Assembly (NCBI GenBank): GCA_963815115.1
Contig: CAWFFN010000008.1
Location: 192,001 to 256,000 of the forward strand
Origin: an uncultured delta proteobacterium
GTDB taxonomy: Bacteria > Desulfobacterota > Binatia > DP-6
Length of the DNA stretch: 64,000 bases
Direction: 5' to 3'
Position numbers and translations under genes: made by a program. Shown here piece after piece: positions 10,659 to 20,706 of this stretch. The notes beneath the pieces are model-generated. The model was not told where the DNA came from. It saw only the letters and a program-made list of their open reading frames with translations, and searched no databases. Within the stretch, counting starts at the first letter, position 1, and the number at the start of each line of letters is the position of its first letter.

Positions 10659-10934
10659 GTGCTCGAGCTGCCTGTCGACCATGACGACGGCCGGCGCAAA
10701 GGGCACTTCGTCTTCGTGGGCGATCGCGTTGCTGCCCGGGACCGAGATCGACTGCTGGCGTGGATGGTCCACGGCGCGTCTCTCGAGGACAATCGTCTGG
10801 TGTGCCGGCCGACACCTCGTGAGCGCCCTGCCCTTTGGAGCCACTTCTACCTCGACGACGACGGCCGCGTGAGCGCACCCGGCTGCGTGCCGCAGGGGGT
10901 GGCGCTGGAGCGCTTCGTGCGGAAGCTGCAGTAG
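10659..10934 (+). CDS. Small hypothetical protein
   Basis: 91-aa ORF, GGAGG upstream, protein-like composition. Confidence 0.45.
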   Translation: MLELPVDHDDGRRKGHFVFVGDRVAARDRDRLLAWMVHGASLEDNRLVCRPTPRERPALWSHFYLDDDGRVSAPGCVPQGVALERFVRKLQ

Positions 10935-10992
10935 GTCGACGCCGGAGGTCGTCGGCTGGGTCCGGGTTACGGCGAGAGCCGGCGTGCGAACC

Positions 10993-13059
10993 TCACCGTC
11001 GATGGGTTCCGGGCTCCCAAACCGCAACGTAGATCCGCGTTTCATCCTGTCGCTCGATCGTTCCCTGAAGGCTTCCGACGCTGAACCCGGCCTGGCGCGC
11101 CCCCTGTTCGCCCACGCTGGCCAGTGCTCGTCGGGCGCTGCCGCTCACGCTCCTGCCGGCCATGCGAGCAACCACGTTCGCGATGTAGTCGACGCTGGCC
11201 GAGCCAGGAAGAGTGGCCTCCGCCTGTCGCACGCGGAGCGTCCGCGTGTCGTAGAGATAGGACAGCGAGAGCGAACCGGGGACCACCTCGGGGAACATGT
11301 CGATCGTGGTGTTCGCCCAGTAGCCACGATCCTTCTCGTAGCTGGGTCGTCCCAGGCGGGCGCGTATCTCCTGACGACTCGCTCCCACCGCGAACGGGAG
11401 TCCGCTCGGTAGCGGACCGCCCAGTGATGCCGGGGAACCCGCAGCGCCTTGGCCTGGACTCGGCGATTGGGCGCCGGCCGGCACCATCGGCCCTGCGTTG
11501 CTCCCTCGCAGGTCGACGATCGACCAGGGGTCACCGGGCACGAGGCGAACCGACAGCGCCCAGTTCGTGACGACGAGCTTCTTCTGTTTGTCGACTTCCT
11601 CCGTTCGCAGCGCCAGGTCGACGCCCTCGGTGTCGGTGTTCGTGATCGCGATGTCCGTGATGCGGAAGGCGGAACTGGCCTTCTCGCACTGCGCTCGCTT
11701 GTCGTCCTGCCTCACACCCCACATGGCTGCCGCGGCCGCACAATCGCCACGCGAGAGGTTCTCGTAATACCTGCGCACGAAGCCGACGGCGCAGCGTGGC
11801 GGCGCCGACCTCCAATCGTCGCACGTGTCGCTCGGGGGCGGCTCTCTCTCGACCTCGACCCGCCGCGGCTCGACCCGCGGGGCAGCGGGCGTCGGCGGCG
11901 GCGCAGGCAGGTCTCCCTGCAGCCCGATCGAGACCGCGTCATCGGGTGCGAGCGCGTGCGCGGCCATTGCCAAGCGCCGCGCGTCATCCCAGGCTCCGGC
12001 TCGCGTCGCTTCCCGGGACGCCGCGGCCAGCTTCTGCAGTTGCTGCGGAACTGCGGCGGTCGCGCTCTCGACCAGATCGGGTCCCTCGCTGACGCTCATC
12101 GTCAGATGGAGATCCGGAAACGACCCGGCACCCGCGCCCACCACGAAGCGCATGATGGGTATGGGCACCTTGGGCGCCGTCACGAGGGCGAGGGATCCTG
12201 GGCGCGCCAGGAACTGGCGAATCTGCGCTCGCATCGTGGCATCGACGCCTGGCGCATTGTTCAGGGCGTCCTCGACCCCGTCGCTGAGGCGGCGTGCAGC
12301 GCTGGGCGCGGACTGTTGCGACTGGAGGGCGGCGGCCATGACCAGTCGCGGGAGCAGCCCGTGATCCTCGTAGCGCAGCTCCGCACGCGCGAGCGCCGTG
12401 TCGTGGAGCGCCGCCAGCACTGGACCTGCCAGGCTGGCGAGCACGGCAGCCGATGTGGCCGGGTCACCGAGCTTGCTGAGGTCGAGTCCGGGCAGAGCAC
12501 TGGGGACCTCGAAGCTCACGCCCGCCACGTGTGCCGACAAGGTGAGCGCTCCGAGATCTTGCAGCGCGAGGCCGATGTGCTCGACGTCGAGTTCCCGACT
12601 CGTCGCCTCGTAGCGATAGGCAACGGTGACGTCGCCGACGAGCGGGCGGTCGAGGGCGCTTGCCAGTGCCCAAGGCATCGGCGGCATCTGGGGGGGAAGA
12701 TCGGCGGTCACATCGCGCAGCGAGAGGTCCATCGCGAGAGGCGCGAGAGCACCTTCGGTGAACTTCCGGACGGCGACGTCACCGACACGAAGGGTGAAGC
12801 CAGTGGCGACCGGCCGTATCGTCAGGGCGTGGACGTGCGCCACGGGGGGGAGGATGTCGACGTCGACGTTCTCGTAGTCGACGTCGGCGTAGGCGGCGGC
12901 ACGCTTCAGCACCTCGTTTGCCCGTGCGCGGGCCGTCTCGGTGAGCCAGCGCTTGGCGGCGATGGCTCCGGCCACCAGCACGATCGCCAAGGCGATGCCC
13001 GCCAGGACGAACCCGACCAGCCGCGATGCCCGAGAGCGGGAAGACGACTCGTTCGGCAT
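10993..13059 (-). CDS. Membrane-anchored multidomain hypothetical protein
   Basis: N-terminal TM, Pro-rich linkers, NTF2-like segment (FVRRYYENLSRGD), C-terminus ...RIYVAVWEPGTH. Confidence 0.75.
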   Translation of the reverse strand: MPNESSSRSRASRLVGFVLAGIALAIVLVAGAIAAKRWLTETARARANEVLKRAAAYADVDYENVDVDILPPVAHVHALTIRPVATGFTLRVGDVAVRKFTEGALAPLAMDLSLRDVTADLPPQMPPMPWALASALDRPLVGDVTVAYRYEATSRELDVEHIGLALQDLGALTLSAHVAGVSFEVPSALPGLDLSKLGDPATSAAVLASLAGPVLAALHDTALARAELRYEDHGLLPRLVMAAALQSQQSAPSAARRLSDGVEDALNNAPGVDATMRAQIRQFLARPGSLALVTAPKVPIPIMRFVVGAGAGSFPDLHLTMSVSEGPDLVESATAAVPQQLQKLAAASREATRAGAWDDARRLAMAAHALAPDDAVSIGLQGDLPAPPPTPAAPRVEPRRVEVEREPPPSDTCDDWRSAPPRCAVGFVRRYYENLSRGDCAAAAAMWGVRQDDKRAQCEKASSAFRITDIAITNTDTEGVDLALRTEEVDKQKKLVVTNWALSVRLVPGDPWSIVDLRGSNAGPMVPAGAQSPSPGQGAAGSPASLGGPLPSGLPFAVGASRQEIRARLGRPSYEKDRGYWANTTIDMFPEVVPGSLSLSYLYDTRTLRVRQAEATLPGSASVDYIANVVARMAGRSVSGSARRALASVGEQGARQAGFSVGSLQGTIERQDETRIYVAVWEPGTHRR

Positions 13060-13269
13060 CCTCGTGCCCCGCAGGTAGAAAGGCCGGATACGACCCCGGC
13101 GGAGGGTACGTCAAGACGCTCTCGGCCCATCCGCGCAGGCATGGAGCAGCGCGCTGCTCAGCCGAGAATCGCTGGTCGTGACACGGGAGAGGGCGAGCAG
13201 ACGTCGTCCCACAGAACCGTGGCGTGGGAATCCGTAGCCCGACCTATCGTACCAGGCCGCCACGCGACC

Positions 13270-14295
13270 GTGATCGGTCGTCTCGTGCTTGCCGTGCTCG
13301 CGATCGCACGGCTCGCGACCGCGGCAACCATCGATGTGAACGCCGTCGAGGGTGGCGCCAGCGCGATCGTCGTCGTGACCGGGCGTCTGGAGGCCGTCGA
13401 CGGAGACCGGTTCATCTCGGCCGTTTCGAGATACGAGAATGCCACCATCGTGCTGAACAGCAACGGGGGAAGCCTGATCGCCGGTCTCCAGATGGGCAAC
13501 GTGATCCGCGGTCGACGGTACACGACGCTCGTTCCCGACGGAGTGCACTGCGCATCGGCCTGCGCCGTCGCATGGCTGGGCGGCACTCGCCGGCTCATGG
13601 GGCCGGACGCGCGGATCGGGTTCCACGCCGCCTACACGATGGAGAACGGGCAACCGGCAGAATCGGGTGTCGCCAACGCTCTCGTCGGAGCCTACCTCGC
13701 GCGTATCGGTCTTCCGGACCGAGCCGTGGTGTACATCACGCACGCCGCTCCCACCGACATGACATGGCTCGACGTGGACGAAGCCCGGGCGGAAGGGATC
13801 GACGTCGAGCTGCGGCTTCCCCCGAGCGCCAGCGCGCATGCCCCCGTCGCTCCGCCCACCACGTTTCCATCGGTCACCGCGAGGCGCCCGACAGCCGGTG
13901 ACGCGATCGCACTCGCCAACGAGTACTGGCTGCGGTGGTCCGGAAACGACCAGGAGGCTCTGACGTTCCTCGCGAGGACCTACGCTGGGGACGTCGAGTT
14001 CTACGGACGACACCGTTCCCGCCACCTGGTGATGGAGGAGAAACGCCGCTTCGTGGAACGGTGGCCAGAGCGGGTCTATTCCGTGCGTCCGGCGTCGCTG
14101 TCGGCCCGGTGCACCCCGGATAGTTCGATCTGCATGGTCGACGGGATCGTCGACTGGGACTGTCGGAGCACGCGGCGAGCAGCAGTGCGGTCGGTCGGGG
14201 CCGCGAGCTTCACGTTCCAGATCGCGCTGTCGACGACAGGTACGGCCATCATCGGTGAATCGGGGTCGCTGATCCAGCGCCGGATCGGTCACTGA
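13270..14295 (+). CDS. Secreted COG3904-like (ClpP/crotonase-fold) protein with C-terminal NTF2-like domain
   Basis: Signal peptide; LNSNGG, CASACAVAWLGG, IGFHAAY; YAGDVEFYG..EKRRFVERWPER. Confidence 0.8.
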   Translation: MIGRLVLAVLAIARLATAATIDVNAVEGGASAIVVVTGRLEAVDGDRFISAVSRYENATIVLNSNGGSLIAGLQMGNVIRGRRYTTLVPDGVHCASACAVAWLGGTRRLMGPDARIGFHAAYTMENGQPAESGVANALVGAYLARIGLPDRAVVYITHAAPTDMTWLDVDEARAEGIDVELRLPPSASAHAPVAPPTTFPSVTARRPTAGDAIALANEYWLRWSGNDQEALTFLARTYAGDVEFYGRHRSRHLVMEEKRRFVERWPERVYSVRPASLSARCTPDSSICMVDGIVDWDCRSTRRAAVRSVGAASFTFQIALSTTGTAIIGESGSLIQRRIGH

Positions 14296-14980
14296 GCATC
14301 TTGGTTCCCAGCTGACCGACCCGCAGGTGCGGAACCGCGGACCCGACGTCATCGACTGAACGCTCCGGCCGCGCCATCTGCCGATCGACGCCTCCGATCA
14401 CCGTTTCCGGGTGCCTTCGATCATTGCGCCCCGGTCGCGAAGCCGAACTTGTTGCTCTTGATCTTGAAGTGGGCGGGGTCCGGTCGAAGGTCGTTATCGC
14501 CGCATCGGGCGGACCGTAGCCGAGCACGGTGTTGCCTGAGATCGTGTTGTTGCGGATGGTTTCCGCGGGGGCGAAGCTGAGTCCGACGCATCTGGCGCGG
14601 TAGGACCGCCGGCGGCCCACGTTTCGCTCGACTATTCCGCATCGTCTATGGGAGACACGGGAACGTGCGGATCGGCCCCGTCGTCTGTCTCATGGGTGAG
14701 CTGCTTCTGATGTCCGCCGAGGCTCAGGCCCGAAGGCGCTCGCGCCCAGGTGCCGCACGGGCCGGTTCGTGACCTCGACCGGCGGCCTGCTGGCCGGCGG
14801 GGGCGCCACCGGCGCGTCGAGCGACACGATCGTGCTGGATGCGCAGGGGAACGCGGACGTCACGAACCGCTGCACGATGATCGACCTCGTCGCCCACCGC
14901 CACGAAGGTGGCTTCCACGCCGCAGATCCGCGTGGATGTCTTCGGGGGGACAGTCCAGCAGCTGGCTCTGGAAAAGGAGA

Positions 14981-15445
14981 ATGGACATGATCACCGAGGT
15001 CATCGAGCAGTGGCATCGCTACCTCAAGGGCGAGTTCCCGGAGGCGCTCGACGAGCTGCTCGCCGACGACGTCGTCTTCTACTCGCCGGTCGTGTACACC
15101 CCACAGGCCGGTAAGGAGATCACCAAGCTGTACCTGCAGGCCGCGGCCGTGGCGCTCCCGGGGGGTGCCGACGGCTCGTCCGGATCGCCCGCCCCGGCAG
15201 GGTCCGACAGCTCTCGACGGTTCCGCTACACCAGGCAGGTCCTCGCCGGCGACACTGCGGTGCTCGAGTTCGAGACCACCGTCGAGGGCAAGTACGTCAA
15301 CGGGGTCGACATCATCCGCGTCAACGACCAGGACAAGATCGTCGAGTTCCGGGTGATGATCCGCCCGCTCCAGGCGGTCAACGCGGTCCATGCCCAGATG
15401 CGATCGATGCTCGAGAAGCTCGGCGGGACCGGCACGTCGCGCTGA
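14981..15445 (+). CDS. NTF2/SnoaL-like family protein
   Basis: LLADDVVFYSPVV, VNGVDII, FRVMIRPL; AGGAG RBS. Confidence 0.9.
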   Translation: MDMITEVIEQWHRYLKGEFPEALDELLADDVVFYSPVVYTPQAGKEITKLYLQAAAVALPGGADGSSGSPAPAGSDSSRRFRYTRQVLAGDTAVLEFETTVEGKYVNGVDIIRVNDQDKIVEFRVMIRPLQAVNAVHAQMRSMLEKLGGTGTSR

Positions 15446-15491
15446 CCGACACGTCGGGACGGCGGGCTCGTGAGACCATGACGACCTGGAG

Positions 15492-17264
15492 GTGGGACCA
15501 TGCGGGGAGGCTCGCCTGACGAGGCTGCGCACGCTCGGCGCGCTCTGCGCCCTCGTCGCCGCCGCCACGGGCTGTACGAGTCGCGACCCCCCGCCCCCTC
15601 CGCCCTACAACATCGTCGTCGTGCTCTCCGACGCGCTCCGCGCCGCGAGCCTGCCCATGTACGGCTATCCGCGCGACACCGCGCCCCATCTCGCGGCGCT
15701 CGCGCGCGAGAGCCGGCTGTTCGCGACCCATCTCGTCCACTACCCGGGCACGACGACGTCGCTGAGCCAGCTCTTCACCGGCCGGCTCGTCCCGCCGCTC
15801 CTGCTCGGCAACAAGGCGATCGCGGTGCCAGTCGACGCGATTCCCGCCGATCTCTTCGTGCTGCCGGAGGTGCTCCGGGCGCACGGCTATCGCACCGGGA
15901 TCGTCACGTCACACTACTGGTTCACGGAGGGAACGCCGCTGCTGGCGGGCTTCGAGAGCCGCACCGTCGTGCCAGGCGGCGATCGCTCGTATGCGCCGTT
16001 CGAGGAGCTCATGCCGCCGATCACGGCGTTCATCGACGCGGCGCGCACGGATCCGCGCCCGTTCTTCCTCTACGTCCACTCCCTCGACACGCACGCCCCC
16101 AACGACTACCACCCCGGCTTCGACGGCTTCCGCGACGCGCCGGGCTTCTCCGACGCCTACAACCGCTACGACGCGGAGATCCTCTACACCGACCACTGGG
16201 TCGACGAGCTCGTCGCCCTGCTCCGCCGCGCCGGCCTGCTCGACCGCACGGTGTTCGCGTTCACGGCCGACCACGGCGAGGAGCTCGGCGAGCTCGGTCC
16301 CGAGCGCTGGAACCGCGATCACGGCCTCACCGTCCGCCGCGTCCTGCTGCACGTGCCGTTGCTCATCCGCTTTCCCGGCGATCCGGCGCGCGGGCGGCGC
16401 TACGACGCCCTCACCCGGCACATCGATCTCGCGCCGACGCTGATCGGGCTCGCCATGCCGGGCTTCGCGTTCGACGGCTACCGCATCGACGGCGAGGACC
16501 TGAGCGGCGCGCTCCGCGCCGGCGACGACGGCGGGAAGACGTCGCGCACGAGCATCTCGTCCAGCCCGCGATACCGGGGCATCGACGTGGGCGACCTGGA
16601 GCTGCACTACGATCAGTGGGAGGACACGTTCTCGCCGCTCTACCGGCCGGCCCCCGACGCGCACAACTACCCGATGCTCCGCGAGGTCGACGACGCGAGC
16701 ACGCGCGACCGCCTCGTCGGCGAGCTCCGGCAGGAGATGGAGCGCCGTGACCGCGAAGGCGCGGCGCTCCCCCCCAGAGCCGACCTCCCCGACGACGTCC
16801 AGATCCCCGTCCCGACGACCGTCGCGGCGGAGAGCGCCAGCAGGCCCACGTTCACCGACGCCGCCGAGGATCAGCGCTGGACGCACACCGGCGCGCTCCT
16901 CTCGTGCGCTCCCGGCGAGCATCCCGGCTCCCTCACCGTCGCGACGCGCTGGGTCCCGGGCGTCTACCGCGTCGCGATCAACCTGCACGCGGGCCTGCTC
17001 CGCCAGGGGTACCGCGACGAGTTCACGGTCGCGCTCGGGCGCGACGGCGATCCGCCGCAACGTGTCCGCGGCGCCGACGCGGACGCTACGGGATGGGTGG
17101 ACCTGGGCGAGCACACGATCGGTCGCGAGCTGGTCCTCACGATCGGCACGCCGGACGGCGGGGTCGCGATCGGCGGACTGCGGCTGCGGCGCGCCGCCGG
17201 GCCGCCATCCGACCAGCCGGACGACGGAACGCGCGGACGCCTGCGGTCGCTCGGCTACGAGTGA
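15492..17264 (+). CDS. Sulfatase/alkaline-phosphatase superfamily protein, probable lipoprotein
   Basis: NIVVVLSDALRA, YGYPRDTAP, YDAEI, TADHGEE, HIDLAPT, terminal LRSLGY. Confidence 0.88.
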   Translation: MGPCGEARLTRLRTLGALCALVAAATGCTSRDPPPPPPYNIVVVLSDALRAASLPMYGYPRDTAPHLAALARESRLFATHLVHYPGTTTSLSQLFTGRLVPPLLLGNKAIAVPVDAIPADLFVLPEVLRAHGYRTGIVTSHYWFTEGTPLLAGFESRTVVPGGDRSYAPFEELMPPITAFIDAARTDPRPFFLYVHSLDTHAPNDYHPGFDGFRDAPGFSDAYNRYDAEILYTDHWVDELVALLRRAGLLDRTVFAFTADHGEELGELGPERWNRDHGLTVRRVLLHVPLLIRFPGDPARGRRYDALTRHIDLAPTLIGLAMPGFAFDGYRIDGEDLSGALRAGDDGGKTSRTSISSSPRYRGIDVGDLELHYDQWEDTFSPLYRPAPDAHNYPMLREVDDASTRDRLVGELRQEMERRDREGAALPPRADLPDDVQIPVPTTVAAESASRPTFTDAAEDQRWTHTGALLSCAPGEHPGSLTVATRWVPGVYRVAINLHAGLLRQGYRDEFTVALGRDGDPPQRVRGADADATGWVDLGEHTIGRELVLTIGTPDGGVAIGGLRLRRAAGPPSDQPDDGTRGRLRSLGYE

Positions 17265-19810
17265 GATCCGTCGGCGCGCGGCTCCGCGGGTCCCGCACCT
17301 GCTGCGCCGATCGTCACCAGCACGCCGGGCGCGCCCGACGTCACCCGGGGCGCGACCTGCACGCGCGCCGCGGGGTAGCGCGCGCGCAGCTCGGCGTCGA
17401 CCCGCGCGGCCCGCGCCTGCGCCAGCGCCGCGAGCGCTCCCGGCGCCGGGGACACCGTGCGCCCGAGCTGCGCCAGCCGCCGGGCCTGCTCCCGCGTGAG
17501 CGCCGGCGGCGGGTCCGGTGCCGGGTCGACCGTCGCCCGCAGATGCTCCACGAGCGCACGCCATTGCGGCGTCTCGGGCTGGCTGCCGAGCGCGTCGAGG
17601 ATCGCCCGCGCCCGCAACACGGCGACGTCGGCCTCCCCGCTCCGTCCCGCGAGCGTGACGGCGCGCGACGGCTCGCGGGCCAGGAGCACCGCGAGCCGGT
17701 CGAGCGTCTGCACGGCCGCCGGGTCGAGCGCGTCGCCACCCGCCGGGGACGCGATCGTCACGGCGCCGGCCGCGGGCAGCGAGCGCAGCGCGGCCTCGGC
17801 CAGCGCGTCCCGGAACGCGGTGCGAACGCGCGCCGCGGTGTCGGACACCGGCGCGTCGAGCGCGCCCGCGATCGCGAGGTCGAGGACGGCGGGACCGCCG
17901 CCCTCCTGCGCCAGCGCGAGCGCGCGATCGAAGGGGACGCCGGGAGCAAGGGCGAGCGGGTCGCCGTCGCTGCGCTTCTCGGGCGACACGCCGTCCAGCA
18001 CGATCCGCGTCGGCGCCCTGAACGCCCGTCCCTCGAGGTCCACCGTGCTCGTCAGCGTCAGCGTGCCGGCCGCCGCGCCCCAGCCCGTGGCGCCCGCCAG
18101 GTACGGGTGCAGCGCAGCCAGCGGGATGTCGCGCATGCCGAGCTCCACGCGCTTTGCGGGACCGAGCTCCGCCGCCACGTGGAGCGACGCGCGATCCATG
18201 CGCGTCGCGGCCGTGACATCGGTGCGCCGCGGTTGCGGTCCGCCGGCACGGTGCAGGACGACGTGCACGTCGCGGAAGGTGGCCTGGTAGAGCGGCTCGA
18301 CCACGCGGTCCTCGAAGAAGAGCGTCCCGTCCTGCGCCTCGACGGTCGACTCGAGCTCCTCGGGCGGCGGCGGCGCGTCGCCCGCGGCGGCCGCCACGGG
18401 CAGCAGCGCCGCGAGCCGCCGCATCGCCGCGAGCCCGCGGACGTCGCGGCGCAGCACCAGGTACGGCGCGTCGACGACGGCATGCCGGAAGGCGGCGTGG
18501 CGCGGCGCCAGCGTGAAATGTGCGACGTCGGTCGCGAGATGCTGCCAGCCGAGGATCGGCTCGCCGTCGACCGTCACGGACACGTCGTCGAGCGCGAGCG
18601 TGCCGTCCGAGAGGACGACCGGCAGTCCGGTCACGGCGAACGCGCCGCTCACCGCGCCGGCGATGGCGAGCCCGGACGGGAGCGGCGCCAGGAGCGCCGC
18701 GACCTCGACGCCGTCGAGCTTCACGCGTCCCTCGACGGCGCGGCGCGCGACGTCGATCGTGCCGCGCGCGCGCACCCGCCCGGCCGCGCCGACCCGGGCG
18801 CGCGCGGCGACCGTCGCCGGCCCGGCCGTCGACACGCCGCGCGCGACGAGACCCGTCACGTCGAGCGGAGGCCACCCCTCAGGGCGAATGCGCACGCCCG
18901 CCAGCGACAGCACGTCGATCGCGCCGCCCCAGCCGAACGGCGCGGCGCGGGGCGCGTCGATCCCGCCGTCGCGCATCGAGAGCGCGCGCATGCGCATCAT
19001 GCCGCCCTCGAGGTCCGCATGCACTCGTGCGAGTCGCACCGCGCCGAGCCGCGCGCGCCATCCGCTGCGATCCGCCAGCCGCAGGCGCTCGATGCGGAGG
19101 TCGCCGTCGAGCCGCGCACTCGAGGCGTCGGCGGATCGGCGGTAGCCGACGCGACCCGTCGCGCTGCCAGCGCGGACACCGGCCGGCAGCAACGACGCGA
19201 CCGGACGGAGGTCGAGACCGCTCGCCGCCGCCGTCAGCCGGAGCCCTCGCGTGTCTCGCCGGCCATGGAAGCGCCCGCCCTCGACCTGACCCCGGAATCG
19301 GAGCGGCGTCCGTCCGCGGCCTCCCCACACCGCCACCGACGACGCCGCGACGTCGTGCAGGTGCGTCGTCCGTCGCGCGAGCCGGCGGACGTGGCCGGCG
19401 GTGACGTGCAGCTCGCCGATGCGGAGCGACGTCCACCGCCACGCCCCCGCGCCGTGTGCGACGGCTCCGTCGACCCATCCACGCTCCACGTCGACACGCC
19501 GGAGACGGAGCTGCCGGCGGACGAGCGCCATGAGTGGCGCCTCGATCCGCACCCGGGCGGCGTGCAGCACCGGGCGGCCCCGGTGCGCCGACGTCACGTG
19601 GACATCGCCCAGGTCGAGGGCGAACGGCCGCCACTCGATCCCGAGGCGCCCGATCTCGACCGGCCGGCCCGTCGCGCGCGTGAGCGTCCACCCGAGGAGC
19701 GCGGCGCCCGCGGTCGGCAGCGCGAGCCACGCGGTGACGACCACGCTCGCGACGAGGAGCGCCGTCCACGCCCCTCGACGCGCCGCACGGCTCGGGCGGC
19801 GGTCCGGCAT
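17255..19810 (-). CDS. DUF748/AsmA-like envelope protein
   Basis: N-terminal TM, beta-rich body, FEDRVVEP, LHPYL..G.L, LDLAIAGALDAP. Confidence 0.75.
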   Translation of the reverse strand: MPDRRPSRAARRGAWTALLVASVVVTAWLALPTAGAALLGWTLTRATGRPVEIGRLGIEWRPFALDLGDVHVTSAHRGRPVLHAARVRIEAPLMALVRRQLRLRRVDVERGWVDGAVAHGAGAWRWTSLRIGELHVTAGHVRRLARRTTHLHDVAASSVAVWGGRGRTPLRFRGQVEGGRFHGRRDTRGLRLTAAASGLDLRPVASLLPAGVRAGSATGRVGYRRSADASSARLDGDLRIERLRLADRSGWRARLGAVRLARVHADLEGGMMRMRALSMRDGGIDAPRAAPFGWGGAIDVLSLAGVRIRPEGWPPLDVTGLVARGVSTAGPATVAARARVGAAGRVRARGTIDVARRAVEGRVKLDGVEVAALLAPLPSGLAIAGAVSGAFAVTGLPVVLSDGTLALDDVSVTVDGEPILGWQHLATDVAHFTLAPRHAAFRHAVVDAPYLVLRRDVRGLAAMRRLAALLPVAAAAGDAPPPPEELESTVEAQDGTLFFEDRVVEPLYQATFRDVHVVLHRAGGPQPRRTDVTAATRMDRASLHVAAELGPAKRVELGMRDIPLAALHPYLAGATGWGAAAGTLTLTSTVDLEGRAFRAPTRIVLDGVSPEKRSDGDPLALAPGVPFDRALALAQEGGGPAVLDLAIAGALDAPVSDTAARVRTAFRDALAEAALRSLPAAGAVTIASPAGGDALDPAAVQTLDRLAVLLAREPSRAVTLAGRSGEADVAVLRARAILDALGSQPETPQWRALVEHLRATVDPAPDPPPALTREQARRLAQLGRTVSPAPGALAALAQARAARVDAELRARYPAARVQVAPRVTSGAPGVLVTIGAAGAGPAEPRADGSHS

Positions 19811-19887
19811 CCCCGCCGACGCTCGCAGACCCGGACGCCAGGCGCAACACTTGACAGCGCGTGCCGCCGGCGCGAAGGGCGAGCCCC

Positions 19888-20706
19888 ATGCGCCGCGCCG
19901 CGAGCGTGCTCGTTCTCGCCTGTGGCGCCGCATCGGTGGCGGACACCGGCGGTCTCACGACGTCGTTCCCCGCGTGTGAGGTCGTCGTGCCGGCGGTCGC
20001 CCGCGCCGCGTCCTGGCTCGCGGCATTCCCGCAGGAGGAGCTCCGCTTCGACGCGGCGATCATGCTGAGCCAGCTCCGCCGCACGATCGACGGGAACTCC
20101 CTGGCGGCGGCGTTCGACACGGCGCGTGTCGTCGCCGACCACGACGACGACAATCCCCAGCGCCGCTTCTGGCTGCCGGACTTCGCCTCCCCGCCGGAGC
20201 ACACGGCGCGCTGGACGGTGCCGTCCGACGGGACGACGCGGGTCAACACGAACCGGGTCCTCATCGAGGCGCTGCACTGCGCCGAGAACGGCTGGCGACG
20301 GGAGACGATGGCCTACGTCTGCGGACCGATGCGCGACGGCGGCGGCTACGAGTCGACGCACGCGCTGTGGGCGCTCGATCTCGCGCGCCGCCGCGGCTGC
20401 GTCACGCGCGCCGAGTTCCATCGCTGTGCACGGCCGATCGCGGTCGAGCTCGACGCGGCCGAGCGCGCACCGCGCGCGCCGGCACGCTCGCTCGACCTCG
20501 ATCTGTTCGCCGAGCGCCTGCTCGTGCTCGCGATGGCAGGCTGGCCGGCGGATCGCCTCGAGCCGTGGGCCCACGAGCTGCTCCGCCGCCAGCAGCCCGA
20601 CGGCAGCTGGACCGTCCCCGGCGCCGACGAGCCCGCGTATCACCGCTATCACGCCACCGCGATGTCGGCCTGGGCGCTCGCCGAGTGGTGCCGGAGGCTG
20701 CGCTGA
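19888..20706 (+). CDS. Secreted alpha/alpha-toroid-like hypothetical protein
   Basis: Signal peptide; QW-type motif LLRRQQPDGSW; YESTH, YHAT. Confidence 0.7.
   Translation: MRRAASVLVLACGAASVADTGGLTTSFPACEVVVPAVARAASWLAAFPQEELRFDAAIMLSQLRRTIDGNSLAAAFDTARVVADHDDDNPQRRFWLPDFASPPEHTARWTVPSDGTTRVNTNRVLIEALHCAENGWRRETMAYVCGPMRDGGGYESTHALWALDLARRRGCVTRAEFHRCARPIAVELDAAERAPRAPARSLDLDLFAERLLVLAMAGWPADRLEPWAHELLRRQQPDGSWTVPGADEPAYHRYHATAMSAWALAEWCRRLR

Noticed and set aside
14296-14980. Possible beta-helix and other gene remnants
   Set aside because: Short, broken and not assignable to a family from sequence alone.
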